Origin: the human T2T-CHM13v2.0 reference genome, Homo sapiens
Strand: one strand, 5' to 3'
DNA: 64,000 nucleotides
Assembly: GCF_009914755.1 (NCBI RefSeq)
Contig: NC_060932.1
Part shown: piece after piece, positions 40,031 through 53,583 of the stretch
Position numbering within the stretch: position 1 is the first letter of the stretch
How the letters are laid out: each line of letters starts with the position of its first letter
The notes under the pieces: generated by a model
Seen by the model: the letters and a program-made list of their open reading frames with translations, nothing else
What the model was told of the DNA's origin: nothing
Databases searched by the model: none
Translations under genes and position numbers: made by a program

Positions 40031-41769
40031 ATTACACTCACTGTGTCACCCATGTCCTTGATCCTCCTGATGGGCTCCTCCTGACCAATTGATTTCATCT
40101 GACCAATTGATTTCAGGCTACTTTCAAGATAGCCCTACTGAGCTTTGCCGCCCCAAGATAAGAGCACAGAGATTAAGTAACAGAGCCCTTATATATTCAG
40201 TACTGCCCTAAAACTTGAAATATTTTTGACTATAATTTTCTCTGAGAGTAACATAATGGATCTATTTAATAGATGAGACCTCTTGAGGCCAATGAAGTAC
40301 AACAAGGCTCCTTATTTTTCTGTTCCACACTGTGTTATTCTCCCAAAGCTAATGAGGTGGGGGGACAAGCGGAGAAGAGGAGAAGAATAAAGAAATTGGC
40401 CTCTTATTGTCTTATACTTGTGGAGTCTGCCAGTCAGAATTTCTTCCTGAAGTCATCCATGAAGAGACGACTGGTACCACATTAGGAAACCATGTTCCCC
40501 AAGTTTTGTAGTAGGACTAAACAGATGTTCCTGAGAAGTACATGTGGGACATTATGACTTTATGTATCAAATTTGACCCTTGTATCAAATAAAAGAAGAA
40601 ATCAGGAAAAACTTTCAGTTTTATTAGAGTGTTCCAGAAAGATGCAACCATTTCTCTTTTACCCCAGTAATTACCTCCTAATCTTCCTTGTACAGTCCAT
40701 TGGTCAAGCCAAGCTGTATTCTCTGAGAAATTCCATTTCTTCTGCTTAGGAAGCACCACTTTTACAGGTAGAAGTCTTGGCTCTTTGGATCTCCTAATGT
40801 TTAATAAACCCCCGGACTTTTGTGTTTTTATAGGTGTGAACTGTCACTCTAAGTGGGTGGGGAAGCTCAAACCCCTAAGTAGATCCTATAATTCCAGTAC
40901 AGTCTCTCCGCTAAAGACTTACAACTAGTTTCTACATGAGCTACTTAAAATCAAGGACATCGTGCCTCAAGGAGTAATGAAGAAGTTACAGTCCTCATGT
41001 GAATGGAATTTTGACTCTATTCCTTGCAAAATAATAACATTGCAATTATTGAGTTAAGGAGTGTTTGACTCCTCTTCTTCCTGATGACATTATAAAGGTT
41101 TGTATTTGTGTCTCTGAGGTATGGGAAACAAGCAATAACAAACCCAAAGAGATTGATTTTTTTTTAAATGTTCAAATCCTTCCTTTGATGAGGTTCAAGG
41201 AATTGATTCTGTTTCTGGAACAGATAGGCACATAACAGAGAAAGATAAATGGCTTTGGCTACAAAATCTTCATTTTTCCCTTGGCTCTTTGGCAAGTTAA
41301 GAAAAAACTATAACTTCTATTTGTTGAGCAGTTGCTATATGCCAGGAAGTTTACATACTACCCTCTATTATTAAATACTCATGACAACTCTGTTTTTAAG
41401 GTGGGAAAAACTAAAGATTAGTTCTCTTAAGATCATACCATTATTAACAGTACTCAGCAGAGTGAGGGTTTAAACTCAGTCTCTTTGACCTCCTGACCTT
41501 CTACTCAGTTCTTTTCACCATTATACCCATTGGTCTCTCTATAATGAATAAAAATTGTAGAAATTACTCATCCTCTAGCGATTTCATTGTTGATGTCTAC
41601 ACTAAATGGAATTCCAAGTTGTTTCCAAACATGAGAATATATTATTAGAATTATTCAACTCTGAAGCAACTCACTCTAAAACAATCTTAGAATGTCATGG
41701 GACAGATGAATTGTACAGTAATGGATACAGGGAAAAATATGAGACCCCTGCCTAGACAAGTATTATCAA

Positions 41770-42010
41770 CAGCATAATAACTTTCCCTTACTATGCCTTC
41801 ATTATGTGGCTGGCACTGTGTTAAATGGTTCTTATGAATTATCTAATTTACTTCTCAAGACAATCCTAGCAGGTAATAACTATTATTATCTTATAATGGG
41901 GGAAATTAGATCTGGAGAATTTAATTATCTTTCCCAAAGTAATACAAGCTAATAAATGGTAGACCCAAGAGTTGAACTAGGGTAGTCTGATTCCAAATAT
42001 GTGCCCTTAG
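41770..42010 (-). mobile_element. MIR (another at ~41310-41520)
   Basis: ggcactgtgttaaatg...ggggaaattagatctggaga...tttcccaaagt. Confidence 0.6.
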
Positions 42011-42604
42011 CCACAAGGAGCTTATGTGAGATAACTATAAAATAAAGTCCAAGACAAGAGTAAGATATTTGTTGGGCAAGTATGAAGAACAAAATAATTC
42101 CAAGAGAGTTGAAGGATTTTGGATAAGGGATGATGGATAAACTGACAAGTTTGGAACTGCTTATTTTTCCTTGCATATTAACTGAGTCAGGTCATGGCTC
42201 TTTTGAAAATGTTTTTCCTACTAGGTGTCAAAAAATAGAGGATTAACTATAAGCAGACACTCAATTTCCCAAATCAAGATTTTGTTGGAAGTGTAGGTAT
42301 GTTACAGTTGGTTATTGACTGACGACTACAGAACCAATCAAGCTCTTTCATGTCTTCCAGGGAACTAACAACTGTGAGTGCCCAGTAAGCGTCAAGAGGC
42401 TTAACCCTGTTGACAGAAGATGAACACTCCCGTTAGGGCTCCACTTCAAAATGAAGTACACTAGTTCTTAGGCAGAGGGCTAGAAGAAGGAAATTGGAGG
42501 ACTATGTCACTTGTAACATTTTTGCCACCCCACTAATAATGGGCTTCTGCTTTAAAAGTCTAAGCATGCTTAATTTGACTTCCCACAGTGTGGAAAACTA
42601 TGTG

Positions 42605-43040
42605 CATCTATGTCTGCAATGACAATATATTTTTCAAAAAGATCTCAAAATTTAACTGGCTTCCAGCAACAAGCACCTTACTTCTGGCTCAAACATCTGT
42701 GAATTGGCTGAGGTCAAACTGGTTTAGACTTGGCTAAGTTAGGCTTAGCTCCAAGCTGTAGAGTTGGATTTAGTGAGCTCCATGGGTCTCTCATTTGCCT
42801 TGATCCAGCAGCTGCCAAGGTGTATTCTTCTCATCTATAAAGACAGAAACACAAGACAGGAAGTTAAACTATGCAAACACAGTTCAAATTTCTATTTATG
42901 CCACATCTACTAACATTGTGTTGATCAAGGCAAGTCACATGACTAGGCTTAAAGTCAAGTGGCTGGAAAGTACACTCTACTCATCCTGATGGCATGGGCA
43001 AATTGTGAGGAATTAGAATCACTAATAAAATCTAACATTC
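42605..43040 (-). mobile_element. Old MLT1 (I/J-like) LTR
   Basis: ctaacattgtgttgatcaaggcaagtcacatg...gaaagtacactctac. Confidence 0.55.
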
Positions 43041-44074
43041 ATAGATGGATCAGGAGAAAATAAAGTATCAAAATGAGTGCAAAGAGCTGTAAGTGAAAAC
43101 CATCTTAGACACAAATTAATTGTCCCCACCAATATTTTATCTTTCTTTGCTGCTGGCTGTATGTATATAGGCATTTCACATGGCTATCTCCTTCTTCAGG
43201 GTCAGCATTTAGAGGTAAACTCTATGGAAAACATATTCTAACACAGAAAATCTGGGGTTATAATGGGATTTCTCGGAAATGGAATCTAGGGATATGGTAG
43301 CTTTGAAGGAAAAAACAGTACGTGATTGGCATTCAGCTTTGTCTGGGATCTAAGAAGCTGTGCTGTGGTCAAATAGAAAGTCAACAGTGGTAATTTACAT
43401 TAGTAGGAAAAGAGAAACCATTTCATAGAGAGCCAGAACTTGATGCCCAAGGATGAGGTTAAATTATGAAGCAGATGATAGTTAGGTATTTAATTAGCTA
43501 GTGTGGCAACCGATGACCACAAAAATGTATTAGGAAAGCACATTTAATCTGTCTTGGGATATGTTTTCCTCTCTCAGCCTTCATCTGAGGTGGCTCATCA
43601 TTTTTAATTCCTTGGGCCATCTTTCCTTTTTCTGTTCTGTTCAAGCAATTCTAGCTAAGCCTGTATGATATCATACTACCTTTCAAGCTGGCTTCGTCTT
43701 TTTTTTTCTAATCTTCTATATTTTCCCTGTGTTATTCACAGATCTTATTTGTCTTGCTGTATTTGGTACTCTCTATGAGTTTCTGGAACTCCAATCTTAG
43801 ATTTTTTTTGATTCAGGGACTTCTGACATTTCTACCTCATTATATGCCACTCTTAGCAACTGATGATACTTTTCTCTGGCTCAGTGTCAGCTGTACCCTC
43901 TCATAATAGGGTAGGTGGCTTATTGTCCCATACTTCTAGGCAGATCTATTGCTTCTTTTTAATGTTTCCTGGTTCCAGGTCTAAAAAGTTTTTTATATTC
44001 ATTTTAGACTTATATAAACAGTATTAAGTCTGATTTCTGTCTTCTACTTCTTCCTGTGTAGCTATCTTACCCTG

Positions 44075-44290
44075 AAGGGGAGATGGGGAGACAGGGAGGA
44101 AAGAAAGAAAGTAGGCGGTGGGGGAGAGAGAGATGAACAGAGAGGAAGAAAGGTAAATGTGTCAAGTGGGAAAGAAAGGGAGGAAAAAAGGATGATTGAA
44201 TGGAGAGAGGGAAGGAGAAAGGGAGGAGGGACAAGGGAAGGAGAGAGAGAGAATGGAGGGAGAGAGAAAGAGAAACAAACAGAGAGAATG
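44075..44290. repeat. GA-rich low-complexity purine tract
   Basis: Largely A/G over ~215 bp. Confidence 0.8.
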
Positions 44291-46135
44291 CATAAGGCAG
44301 AGATCCAGAAAGCCAAGAAAGAACTTGGACAGGTGAGAAAAATTGCATGGGTAGCTGATACCTAAAGGCTTTGCCATGAAGACCCCCTGACCCTATGATT
44401 GTTTTATGTGCAACATTCCCCTCTACTATACAAATGTAAGGGAAAGTGCTAAAGAAACGTAGAAAACTGATCCTATAAATTAGAAGAAACTGAAAGTTTG
44501 TAAACATTCAGTACAATGCAGATGCCCAGGTTTCCCCCCTTATTCCTGGAGTCCAGTATTACTGTTAGTAGACCTCTTTCAAATTAGAAAGCTACAGCCT
44601 TCCAACCATGCACATTAATAACCCAAATACCTGCCGAGAGCTGCTACTTCGTAAGTATTCCATCACTGCCTCTCAAGTTCCGACAGTGAAAAACGTGCAC
44701 ATCTCCCTCATCTCCCATTTCTGTAAACTAGATTTGCCAGTTGCAGCTGCCGAGGGGTGAGAAGCCTATAAACTTGGGGTATTTAAGACAAATTTGTTTT
44801 CCTGTCTGCTAGCTCCTGAAAAGACAATTAAAAAATTATGCTTAAGTAAACCCCGTAAAGCTTTCAACACCTTTAGGTAATACACATGTTTTTCCAAGTA
44901 CCCCGTGTGCACGTAGACCCTATGATTTCACAGATGGTGATGGGATACTGTTGAGTCCAGATGTTGGAGGCAGAGCTTGTATTTGGCTGACTGTATTAGA
45001 TGACGTTGGTTGGTAGGTGGATCCTGATATTGCACCCAGTGCTGGAGGTAGCACATGAATGTATCCATGTGTGCCATTCCAGGTAATGAGCTAAAAGTCC
45101 TGTCACCAAGGTGATATGTAATCTTCTTTCTCCCAAATCCACTTGAACATGCATACATTCTTATCCTACTTGTCCTCACTGCATATTTCACCGTGTTGGT
45201 GTCTTCCTCCTTGAAGTACTCCCTTCCTTGGTTTCTGTGACATTACACTCTTTGGGTAAACTTCCATTTTATTTCCTTTCAGGTTTTCATTTGCTCCACT
45301 GTATTTGTGTTGGTATTCCATTTTCTAGCCTCTTTGGTTTTCACTGTACAATCTACCTAGGTGGGCTTTTCTAATTACACAACTTTAAATATATATGAAA
45401 TTCTCTAAATATTTTTTCTAGCCCCAAATTCCATAGCTCTTGACTTATATAACTGACAAACTACCCAATAGTTCAGCATGGGTTTTCCTTAGCAACCTCA
45501 AACCCACCATATTCCCAGCTGAATTTTGCATCTCCCATCTCCCCAAACAAGATTCTTTTTTATGGGGGCAATGGTGGATTCTTATTTCAGAAATGGTGCC
45601 AACATTGACTACTTGCCCAAATCTGAAATCTGACTCCTGCTTCATTCACATCCCAATACCCAGTCATCAGAAACTCTTATGTTTGTACTTTTTAATATCC
45701 CTTGGGCATTTTCACTTCTCTCCATCCCCACTACTGCCTCCATTGGCAGTCATTATCTCTGATGACAATCTGGATTATGGCAAGGCTCAGCTAGCATCCC
45801 TGTATTCATATACTAGCTGTCTGCAATGTATACTTAACACTGCAGCCAGAATGAGCTTCCTACTACACAAATCAATCACACCTCTTTCCTCCTTCTTTCT
45901 ACTCTTTTATGGGCTCCCATTGCCCTTTCTGTAAAGTCCAGTACCCCAGCATGACTTACGAAGCTCCACCATAACTGACTCTTGCTCACTTCCTCATGCA
46001 CATTGCTTACCTCTCCCTTTTGCACACCCTACAGTCTGGCCACACTTATCTCTTTGGGTTTTCCTGGACATGCCTTGCTGCCTTCTGCACTTGGGATTTT
46101 ACACGTGTTCTTTCTTCCTGAAACAATCTTGATAA

Positions 46136-46426
<291 letters not shown>

Positions 46427-46551
46427 AACTCCTAATAAATTTTTAAGACTAGCTTTATCTACTAACTCCTCTAAGAAGCCTTTGCTTCATTTACTCATTC
46501 ATTTGTGCATTTACTAAATATTTATTAAGGAGCCTTTCTGTGTAAGGAGCC

Positions 46552-46898
46552 TGTCTTTGTTGTTTGGGCTACTGTAAAAAACTATCATAGACTGGGTAAC
46601 ATAAACAAAAGAAGTGTATTTCTCACAGTTCTGGAGACTGAAAGTCCTGGATCAAAGCACTGGCAGATTTGTTGTCTAGTGAGATCTTGCTTCCTTGTTC
46701 CTAGGTGGCCATCTCCTTGCTGGGTAGAAAGGGTGAGAGAGCTACTTAGGGTTTCTTAATAAGGGCACTAATCCCATTAATGAGGGTTCTGCCCTTATGA
46801 TCTAAGCACATACCAAAGGCTTCACCTCCTAATCCCATCACATTGGGGATTAAGATTTGAGCATATGAATTTAGGGAAAGCACATTCATTCCATAGCA
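46552..46898 (-). mobile_element. MLT1A0-like MaLR solo LTR
   Basis: TG...CA ends; exact 5-bp TSD GAGCC (46547-46551, 46899-46903). Confidence 0.88.
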
Positions 46899-48089
46899 GA
46901 GCCACTAAATGCCTGGGCACTGGGTTTGTTGCCAGCCCTTAAGATGTCCCATGGCAGCCATACTTAGCTCTCTGTATTTGTCACATTGCATTTAATTTGC
47001 TTTTTATGTGAATGTCTCTCCCACTAGACTTAGAGTACCCTCTGGGCAAAACCAATGTCTTATTGGTTTTATTGTTTTGTGTTTTTGCAACACCCAGTTC
47101 AGTACCTGACATATAAAGTAGGTGTTCATAAAATATGTCTGGAATAAATGGATGAATAAACCACTTTTTGAATTTTTTCTTCACTCTTAGAACACAGAAA
47201 CAGCAAGATTAGGTTAATCATTAATCTGAAAACATCTTTTTTTTTTTGCACTTAGATTGGCAGAGCCACTTCATCTCAGCACCTGCTCCTGAGGCAAAAT
47301 CACAGAAATCTTTCTAGAATCTCTTGCTAGCTCTTCATGGTGTAACACCCCTAACTTCAATGAGTGCAAGGGACAGAAAGCCAAGGCTCTCTTAATCTGC
47401 CCCAGTTTCCCTTTCTTGCTGTAATGTATCTTGAACGGGGCATGAACAAAACCAGTTTCAGGGTGAGGAAGTGTGTAATTTTGTACACACTGAAGATGGG
47501 GACATAGTTTCCTGTACAGAATCTCTCTAGTTTCCTGTACAGAATCCATTTTTTTTCTCTTTCAGAAGTCCTTTATTCCATTTTACTAAATATCTGTGTG
47601 TTTCCCAGGAAGAAAAGCTTGATCTCCAGGCAGCTTTCAGTTTCTGCCCTGCCTCCGTAGATGGTCTTGGGATTGTCATGGCAAGCGTATGGTAAAACTA
47701 AATAATATTTGTTGAATTGAATTATCTTGGTGGTAAGGGAAATAAACCCTGTGGACCCCACAGAGCCACAATGGTCAGGATCTTTGTTTGTTTTTAATCT
47801 GCTTTAAACCCTTGGGACTAGAAATAGATGAATAAAAACTGGCCTCAGAAATCCCGTTATGTATTTCCCTCATTGTCTTTCTTCACTTTATTTCTAGCCA
47901 CAATATATATGTGGCTTACCTTATAAGCCACAATCTCATAAGGTAAGAAAATGAAGGTATTTCTGTGGGCTATGTGAAAACAGTTCAGTTGACCTAGACT
48001 TTGATGTCAGTTTCAGGGCTGATCCAATTGCTAATGCATTGTGCACATATATAGCATAGAGAAAATGCACACAGGGTCCTCACTATGAT

Positions 48090-48695
48090 TCTTAGGGACA
48101 GGCAATGGTGTTCAAATAAACATAAAAGACCAAGGAATCCCATCATGTCTTTTCTTACATACTTCCCTGTATTATGCTGAAAATGATGACATAGAAGGAA
48201 TGGGAAAGAAAGGACAACGCATCCTTCTTTTTCTTTACTCATCATTAATCGTCAGTAAGTAGAAGGGAGAAAGTATTGGTAGAACTGTAACAAGGAGTGA
48301 CATAAAAACTGTTGAGTTAGTTTTGTGCAGCATTTCAACTGTTCTGGTAAAAACAAAATACAAATACGTGACTTACGAAATACAAATTATATTTTCAGTG
48401 ACTCCTCATATGAGCAAAATGTTCTTATATTTGCATTTCAAATTGTCATTGCATGATATAAAGATAAATAGCAAAATTAATGCTAATAATTTAAATTTTT
48501 ATTTTTTCTTTACCTACAACAAATTAAACAGCAAATTAAAAAACACTATGATGAGTTAAGAGAGAAGACATGGAAGGAAAAAAAAAAACCCTTTGGATCT
48601 TAGTGCCTTTAACAGCCCTCTTTTTCCTGTCTTTTGAAGGAGAGATTCCAAATTTTCATTTTGCACCTGGCCTGGCAAAATTTTTAGCTAGCCAT
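48090..48695 (+). mobile_element. Arthur1/MER69-like hAT-Tip100 remnant
   Basis: Terminal attttcattttgcacctggcc...aaatttttagctagccatg resembles the Arthur1 end. Confidence 0.55.
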
Positions 48696-49490
48696 GATTA
48701 CTAGACTAATGATGTGAACATTCATTCAACAAAGATTTCCTGAGTGCCCACTAGTACCTAGACTTAAAGAGATAGATTAGAGAGATGCCTAAAGAGATAG
48801 GTAGAGAAAACTAGCTGAGACTACAAAGTAGAATGTAAGAAACAGAGCTGGGGAGGCACAGGCAGGTGCCCTTATAGTGAGACCCTGGTACAAGCTGGGG
48901 AGGTTCCTCGTCTTGTTTGTTCCAGGGAGACACTGAGATAAGGCTCCCAAGGATGCTGCCTGAGCAAAACTCCATTTTGTGCAGGTGAAAGCTGTGCTGT
49001 GCCTCCTTGCTTCGGACTGGAGTGAGAGTCAACTTATTTGAGCAATCAGAGTCTTTCACAGGCTGCATGACTTATTCTGGGGTCTTCTCTGCTCATAGTA
49101 TAGCTTGTATTCCTTTGGGAGGAATGTCATATATCCCCTGTGTCAGCTAAAGGATCTAAGATGTGGGCTACTAGCCTGTCTCACTACTTCCTAGTCTATC
49201 CTTACCAGGGGCTGGTAGAATTTAGCCCTTAATACTAAGGTCTTAAAAAAGAACAGGATCTTACTTACTTGAGTTTAGTGGACAACCTCCTCTCCTCCTT
49301 AATCTTCCACCCTTGGCCATGAGGTAAGATACTCTCATGGCCCAGGTATCCTTCTCTTAGAATGAAAGTAGCTGATGATAACCATGTCTGTGACTCCTCT
49401 TAGACCATGGCTTGACAGCTTCTGGACCCACAATTTCAGCAACGTTTAAAAAAAGAAAGTCCAAGGAGTTGAGATGGGGTTTGAAATGTC

Positions 49491-49590
49491 AACCAAGTAA
49501 GGTGAATGTGTACTCATTCTTATTAAGTCTTATCTTACTTAAGCCAAATAAGACTTAATAAGAATGGGTACACATTCACCTTACTGGGTT
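49491..49590. repeat. Inverted repeat: 43-bp arms, 14-nt loop
   Basis: 49491-49533 is the reverse complement of 49548-49590 with 2 mismatches. Confidence 0.95.
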
Positions 49591-49849
49591 GGTTCTTCTA
49601 AGTATTTCTCTCCCATTGCCCCTCAGTGGTCCTGAGCCCCCTGCCACTACTCCACACCAAAGCTGCTTCATCAGATGCAGGAACTTATATTGGTTTATAT
49701 CTTGTGAGGCCTGGTCATTGCTAGTGAGGGCCTATTTTTATTATTCACTCAACTGTTTTTCTACTAGTTAGTGTTACAAATGAATAAAACTAACTAGTAA
49801 TGCTAATTAGTAACACTAACTCATTAGTAACACTACTAACCAGAGTTAC

Positions 49850-51425
49850 TGTCATGGGATTTTTGGGGTGTTGCTTTGCCAGCCAGAAACCTCTGTGGCC
49901 AGTGGTGCCTTTGCCTGAGTTTTGCTTGGGCCCTCTGGACTCATTCTGCCAACTTGGCCTGGCAGGCTGTGCTTGGCTCGTGCTACTGACCTGAATCCCA
50001 TGCCTGCCAAGGGAAAACCAGGTGCAAAGTGGCAAGGGGTATGTGAGTGAGCATGGGAGGGTCCAGCCACTGTGCACAGGCAGGCACACCAACTGGGGCA
50101 GGGTGGGCAGCTCCACGGACCAGCACTGGCGCTGGCTCCCTGCGAGGCTTTGGCTGGACCAGGCATCCTGCAAGCAGCTTCCATGGCTGGCACTGGGAAT
50201 GTGGTAGTGCCTGGAAGGTTGGATATGCCAAGAACTGCAGAGCCCCAAAGAGGGTGTCACAGCCCTGACTAAGGGAGCCCCTAGGTTCGGGCTCCCCGAA
50301 GGGCCACAGCTCTTCTCATCTTCTCTCTCTTCTCCTTCTTGGTAATGCCAAAGTAGTGAGCAAGGGGCATGTTTCAGCCCTGTTTGTGTTACAGCTCTTT
50401 TAGCCCCACCATTTGGCAGGTCCCGAGTTCTTGTCCTGTGTCCAGGAAGAATGAAGTACACAGACAAGTGGAGGGTGAGCAAGGTGAAGAGGAGTTTTAT
50501 TGAGCAGCAGCTCAGAGGAGAACAGCTCAGAGGAGACCCGCAGTGGGTAGCTCTTCTCTGCAAGCAGGGTGTCCTGATGAGTGTCTAGCCCTCAGTAGAG
50601 GGGAGACCCTGGAATGGGCCGCTCCTCTCTGCAGGCAGTGTGTCCTGATGAGTGTCCAGCTCTCAGCAGAGAGGGGACTCTGTTGTGGGTAGTTCCTCTT
50701 TGCAGCTGTTTGAGTCTGGCTGAGTTGGAGCTTTTATGGGCCTCAGAGGGGAATAAGTGTGTGCCAGTTGGTCCATGAGTGGCCATGGGTGGGCCTGGAA
50801 AAAGCACCGCAAGTTCCCACTCCTGTTTGTGGGACCAGCAGCCTGGCCCCCAGGCTTCAGGCTCTCCCTGGCTTGAAGGTGGGGCTTTACCTGGGACCCG
50901 TCCCTTTCCACCCAGGAGCCTGTCTGCCTCCTGCTGTCATTCATGGCGTCCAGGCTGTTCATGCCATGGGGCACCTGCAGGTGAGTACTGAGCTGCCCTT
51001 AGCCCCACCTCAGCCTCCTTCCCATGCTTGTTGGCACCCAAAGTCCAGAGGGGGCCTAGGTGGCAGGGGGCTGGCATAGCAGTGCTGCCCTGAGTGTGTG
51101 CACGCCTGGCCAGGCTGTGACAGCACCTGGGTGTGGCCCCAACCTTGCTCCAAGATTGGAGCAGATGCCAGGAGCAGGCCAGGCAGCGGGAGCAGATATC
51201 TCTGAGCCTTGGGGGCAGGTGGGGCCTTCCCAGGCCCCTAAGAGTGCAGAGATGCCCAGATCTGCAGCCATGGCTTAGGTGGCTGCAGCTGCGCCAGGGA
51301 GGGCAGGGCTCCTGCCTACTCCCAGCCCCCGTTGGCTCTGTGTAGCACAGAGCCCTGGCTGTACCTCTCCGACTGTAGCCAGTGTCATAGCAGCAGCTGC
51401 TCTAGATGGGCCGCTGCTGTCATCA
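49850..51425 (-). mobile_element. MER52 (A-like) ERV1 solo LTR
   Basis: tgtcatgggatttttggggtgttgc...gccagaaacctctgtggcc ... gggccgctgctgtcatca; GC-rich; minus-strand AATAAA near 50496-50501; imperfect TSD ttac/atac. Confidence 0.85.
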
Positions 51426-51472
51426 ATACTAGTCGGTTTTATTCACTCAATGGTTTGTTCTACTAGTTAGTG

Positions 51473-51551
51473 TTACTAGCATTACTAGTTAGTAATAATA
51501 GTAACATATTACTAGCATTACTAGTTAGTAATAATAGTAACATATTACTAG
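51473..51551. repeat. 36-bp tandem repeat within an ACTAGT-rich mosaic
   Basis: actagcattactagttagtaataatagtaacatatt at 51475 and 51511. Confidence 0.9.
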
Positions 51552-51849
51552 TTAGTAACTAGTGTTAGTAGTTAGTGTTACTTTTAGTAACACTAGGAAC
51601 TAAAACTTGAGGACAGGGTTTTTTTTTGCATAAAAATATATTTATATTGCCAAAATGTTCTTTTTTTCTTAAAATGGGACTTTCTTGACAAAAGTTGTCA
51701 TTCATTCTGCTTTGCTCATCTCCCAAACGGAGTTAATCACAAAGTGAATTAAACAAAAAGCAACAACAACCTTGTACAAATAATATCTTTTGGAATAGGG
51801 AGATGGTCAAAGCCTCCCGATAAAGCTTCCCCAGAATCCATTGCCTTGT

Positions 51850-52140
51850 TCATTCCTTTAGTCAGGTATGCAATATTTATTGAGGGCTTCCACTTGCTAG
51901 GCAGTGAGGTGGGAACTGGATGTGAATGATGCAAAACAGATAGTTTCAGCCTTTGTGGAGCTCAGCCTAGAGTTTAGTTAGAGGCACATAAGTTTTTTAA
52001 CTGATCATAAACTTATATAATTACAAACTGTATTTAGTATTATGGAGTAAATGTATAAAAACCTGTGATATCACAGAATAGGAAGTCACACCCAGTTTGG
52101 GTAAGAGTTCAGGGAAATTTTTCCTGAGAGTATGATGGGC
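51850..52140 (-). mobile_element. L2 3' fragment
   Basis: aatatttattgagggcttccacttgctaggca...ctttgtggagctcag. Confidence 0.6.
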
Positions 52141-53282
52141 TGAAGCACTGAGCTGCTGTTGAGAGAGCAACAGCCTCAACTCTTTATTTGCACATTGTTG
52201 GGCTCACCTTTTCATCATCTTTCTCTCACACCAGCTCTTGTGGCCGTAGTTCTGGCCAGGAATTCTAGAAAGGAGAAAGACTGTCTTGATGTTATAGTCT
52301 CTCTGAGGCACTGATGGGGTTTGAACTTTGCTCTTTCCACGAGCATTATTAAGAAGGAGAACTCGTTTTCTCTGCAGAAGGGCTGGGTTTGATGAGTACC
52401 TTGAGTGACCTCTGCTACTCCTCATCCATGTATGTGGTAAACATTGCTAACCAATAGAGGCACTTGTTCCTGCTGAGCTTAGATGAACAATTCTTACAAA
52501 ATGTCTAGATATTTGCTTCCAAATGATTGGAGTTGCAGTGAAGCATGAAGTCTACTTGCTGTTCCACATCTCACATGCCTGCCTTGCTTGATGAATGGAA
52601 CCCAATTGGTTCTATGTGGGCTTGAAGAAAGTAGATGCATTTAATGACTTGAATCTGCCTCTGACTTAAGATTCATCCAACATTTGGGTCAAGGAAATCT
52701 CCTATTCTACATTTGCAAATCAGACTCAGATACTGTTCTGGCCTCCTGGGAGCACACACAGAAGTTATAAAATTACTAGTGTAAATGCTTAGGATAATAT
52801 TTGACACCTCATATTTGGTAAATAGATAATAAACACCAGTTTAAACCCTCATCATTATTAATAATATTATTATAAGTGAAAAGTCATCACTCTTAGGAAG
52901 AGTGGGAACTACCTGCAAAGATGGAGCAAAGTGAGGAAATGACATATTGTCATATGACCATTGTCAGATTTTTCTTAGCAACATTTTCACTCCAAATTCT
53001 ACTTGTCTTTGAAGCCTGCACCTCTCCCCACCTCCCACTCACACACAAAATCATGGAGTACTGGTCCATCTGGCACTCGTTGTCTTATTACTGCCACTGG
53101 AGCTGGAGATGCCAAGAATAATGACCATAGCCCCTATCTTTAAGAAGCTTATATTCTAGTGGGGAGGCAGAAAATAAATGAATAGAGTCATCCCATTTTT
53201 GCCTTCATGGAGTGTGCAGACTGGAAGAGGGAGAGAGATATTAAATCAATAAACATATAATTTAAAACTTATATAAGTTCTG

Positions 53283-53583
53283 GGCTGCGTGTAGTGGCTC
53301 ACGCCTGTAGATCCAGCACTTTGGGAGGCCGAGGTGGGCAGATCACGAGGTCAGGAGATCGAGACCATCCTGGCTAACATGGTGAAAACCTGTCTCTACT
53401 AAAAATACAAAAAATTAGCCGGGCATGGTGGCAGGCGCCTGTAGTCCCAGCTACTCGGGAGGCTGAGGAAGGAGAATGGCGTTTACCGGGGGTGGAGCTT
53501 GCAGTGAGCCGAGATCGCGCCACTGCACTCTAGCCTGGGTGACAAAGCAAGACTCCATCTCAAAAAAAAAAAAAAAAAAAAAA
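53283..53583 (+). mobile_element. AluY
   Basis: gagatcgagaccatcctggctaac, gagccgagatcgcgccactgcac; A-tail. Confidence 0.95.

Noticed and set aside
44062-44507. F/S/L/P-rich and E/R/G-rich ORFs
   Set aside because: Translation of the GA-rich low-complexity tract
45440-45934. 164-aa ORF
   Set aside because: Inside a degenerate L2, non-ATG start, no protein motif
49790-50563. 257-aa ORF and other overlapping ORFs up to 51470
   Set aside because: Lie in the GC-rich MER52 LTR, open in several frames on both strands, no recognisable domain
51473-51551. 36-bp repeats (and the 33-bp array at 53584) as a CRISPR array
   Set aside because: Contiguous tandem copies with no unique spacers, no cas genes, primate DNA
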